From the IMG/VR virus record IMGVR_UViG_2061766007_000275: a stretch of DNA of 20,039 nucleotides; one strand, given 5' to 3'. The position numbers and the translations under genes were made by a program. The first letter of the stretch is position 1; each line of letters opens with the position of its first letter. Shown one piece after another: positions 18,230-20,039 of this stretch. Below the pieces are notes generated by a model that made no database searches, was not told the DNA's origin, and saw only the letters and a program-made list of their open reading frames with translations. Source of the DNA: an uncultured virus (IMG/VR IMGVR_UViG_2061766007_000275). Its lineage: Duplodnaviria; Heunggongvirae; Uroviricota; Caudoviricetes.

Positions 18230-18490
18230 ATGGGAAAGTATTTAATTAAAGTTACTGAAGAATATCGTGCGGATAGTGAAGCGGAAGCTGATGAGATCCT
18301 AAGGGCGGCCCGCGAGGATACAATGTATGAGATCAAGAAATCTACAAAGACTAAGAAAGAAGCAAAAGCAAAAGGTGAAGTTGTAGATGAATGGTACAAT
18401 GTAAGTATTACAAAAATTTTTGATAGCGAAAAGGAGCCGATAGGCTCTGCCCGCATACTATATGATTTGAAAGGAGACTCAGCGTTCTAA
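18230..18490 (+). CDS. Hypothetical protein (86 aa)
   Basis: Start moved to ATG 18230 behind AAGGAG; TAATG overlap with the dUTPase start. Confidence 0.72.
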   Translation: MGKYLIKVTEEYRADSEAEADEILRAAREDTMYEIKKSTKTKKEAKAKGEVVDEWYNVSITKIFDSEKEPIGSARILYDLKGDSAF

Positions 18491-18924
18491 TGATTAAAGT
18501 AAAGAAATTAACAGAGACAGCTAAGTTGCCTACAAGAGCAACTCAATACGCAGCGGGCGCAGACCTGTATGCAGATACGCAGGAAGAAGTTATTATTCAT
18601 CCAGGTGAGAGAACCGCAATTCACACCGGACTTGCAATGCAAATCCCTTATGGATTTGCTGGTTATATATTTGCTAGAAGCGGACTTGCTACTAAACGGG
18701 GCATTCGTCCTAGTAATTGCGTTGGTGTAATTGATGCAGATTATCGTGGAGAAATTATTGTTAATTTAACTTGCGATGACAACGAGCCTCAGAAGATACA
18801 GCCGGGTGAAAGGGTTGCGCAGCTTGTTATTCTTCGTCATGATCCAATGCCTTTTGAAGAAGTTGATCATCTGGACTCGACTGAGCGTGGAGATGGCGGT
18901 TTTGGCTCAACGGGACAGTTTTAA
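18490..18924 (+). CDS. dut: Trimeric dUTPase
   Basis: All five motifs present: AGADL, RSGL, GVIDADYRGEI, AQL, RGDGGFGSTG. Confidence 0.96.
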   Translation: MIKVKKLTETAKLPTRATQYAAGADLYADTQEEVIIHPGERTAIHTGLAMQIPYGFAGYIFARSGLATKRGIRPSNCVGVIDADYRGEIIVNLTCDDNEPQKIQPGERVAQLVILRHDPMPFEEVDHLDSTERGDGGFGSTGQF

Positions 18925-18951
18925 TTAGATTATAGCATCCTCCTTTGGGAG

Positions 18952-18983
18952 AATACAGCACCTTAGGGTGCTGTATTTTTTTT
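18952..18983 (+). terminator. Intrinsic terminator
   Basis: 11-bp stem AATACAGCACC / GGTGCTGTATT, TTAG loop, T-tract. Confidence 0.9.
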
Positions 18984-18993
18984 GTCTAAAAAT

Positions 18994-19022
18994 TTGACAA
19001 ATTAAAAAATTTTTGTTATACT
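18994..19022 (+). promoter_or_regulatory. SigA/sigma70-type promoter with extended -10
   Basis: TTGACA (18994-18999), 17-nt spacer, TG-n-TATACT (19017-19022). Confidence 0.85.
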
Positions 19023-19098
19023 TTAGATAGAAAATATAAGAAAGGAGAATGAGGTTGCGGCAGTTAAGGTATGTGGCGCCATAGACCTCGGTTCGCGC

Positions 19099-19584
19099 AT
19101 GATTTTTTTAAGTTTAGATATGAGCACCACTTGTACTGGTTGGTGCATATGGGATTGCAATAAAATTAAGGAATATGGTTGTATAGTGGCGGATAAGGGG
19201 CTCCCGCTAAATGAGAGGATACATAAGATGGCTACTGGGATATTTGAGATATTGATGAAGAATCCTAGTGTTAGTAAAATAGTAATGGAAGACCCGCTCC
19301 CGCGCACAGATAAAAAAACTAATGAAAGTACTTATAGAGCTTTAAATTGGTTACAAGGATATGTGTGTGTTATATTAAAGGATAAGGGATATAAAGATTT
19401 AGAATTTATTTTGCCCAATACTTGGAGAAGTAAGGTTGGAATTAAGACAGGTTGTTATAAGAAGAGAGAACAATTAAAAGAAGAAGATATGGCATGGGTT
19501 AAAAATCAATTTGGAATAGATGTAAATGATGATATTGCAGATGCTATTGGAATTGGTTATAGCTCGATAGACAGCGCCTTTTGA
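19099..19584 (+). CDS. RuvC-like Holliday junction resolvase
   Basis: RNase H-fold acidic pattern LSLDMSTTCTGW, IVMED, P..WRS..G, DDIADAIGIG. Confidence 0.82.
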   Translation: MIFLSLDMSTTCTGWCIWDCNKIKEYGCIVADKGLPLNERIHKMATGIFEILMKNPSVSKIVMEDPLPRTDKKTNESTYRALNWLQGYVCVILKDKGYKDLEFILPNTWRSKVGIKTGCYKKREQLKEEDMAWVKNQFGIDVNDDIADAIGIGYSSIDSAF

Positions 19585-19610
19585 GTGCGCTATGTGTGCC
19601 AGTAATTTTG

Positions 19611-19645
19611 AGGTCGGATAGAAGATATCCGACCTTCTTTTTTTT
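19611..19645 (+). terminator. Intrinsic terminator
   Basis: 10-bp stem AGGTCGGATA / TATCCGACCT, GAAGA loop, T-tract. Confidence 0.9.
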
Positions 19646-19674
19646 ATCCTATTTTAAGGGATGATGATGAATTG

Positions 19675-19896
19675 AAATTGAATTTGATAAAATAGTCGTT
19701 TTTAGATTTGAAAATTGAATTTGATAAGTTTTTGAGGCTGGCAAATCAATTTTCTGACAATTTCTTAAATTTTTCTTAAAAACCACGCCCCCATCAAACA
19801 ATTCAAACAATTCTTTGTAGTTTTGTAAATTTTCAGACAATTCAAACAAAACAACACCCCCTAGTTGAATTGTATCAAAAAGACAAACAATTCAAC
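19675..19896. repeat. Non-coding cluster of TTGAATT/AATTCAA direct and inverted repeats
   Basis: AAATTGAATTTGATAA at 19675 and 19712; ACAATTCAAACAA at 19798 and 19837; inverted pair GTTGAATTGT (19864-19873) / ACAATTCAAC (19887-19896). Confidence 0.75.
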
Positions 19897-19931
19897 AAAA
19901 AAACTTTCTATTCTGAATATTTATTTTGCTA

Positions 19932-19960
19932 TTGACTTTTTTCTTGAATAGGTGTATCAT
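19932..19960 (+). promoter_or_regulatory. Possible SigA/sigma70-type promoter
   Basis: TTGACT (19932-19937), 17-nt spacer, TATCAT (19955-19960); any downstream gene lies outside the window. Confidence 0.55.
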
Positions 19961-20039
19961 GTAGTCAAGCTCAAAGGAAACAACTTGAATTTGATTTACC
20001 TTTTCCCTTTGATTAGGTTTGTAAAAGGTAGAAAAAAAA

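Noticed and set aside
729..19849. Minus-strand short ORFs and plus ORF 7846..8028 from the track
   Set aside because: Shadows of well-supported plus-strand genes or of the repeat region; no recognisable motifs.
19675..19896. CRISPR mini-array
   Set aside because: Repeats are only 13-16 nt, two copies of each type, change orientation, and no cas genes are present in the window.

Overview
AT-rich, all-plus-strand DNA replication and nucleotide metabolism module of a large tailed phage, probably infecting an anaerobic Firmicute. The gene order resembles the SPbeta yorG-yorH-yorI-yorJ-yorK-yorL block: AAA ATPase (partial), YorH-like Zn protein, DnaB helicase, primase, RecJ, RecD/Dda-like helicase, DnaE, then guanylate kinase, nrdD/nrdG, three unknown genes, dUTPase and a RuvC-like resolvase. 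Three free-standing endonucleases (Cys-rich repeats plus a Vsr/DUF559-like domain) sit in the module, each behind the same fixed-spacing GGNCAA-N28-KATAT motif. The main finding is at the 5' end of dnaE. The third endonuclease has split off the original start (MLRFETHSHTHYSNIR) between 8-bp direct repeats. It is followed by a second PHP N-terminus (MGTKRFEVHAHTHYS) that is separated from the polymerase body by TAG-T-GTG and a frame change. A complete DnaE therefore needs a 10-nt ribosomal bypass, a stop-restart split protein, or excision. A 78-N gap at 9009-9086 limits certainty. All assignments come from motif reading by eye; no searches were run.
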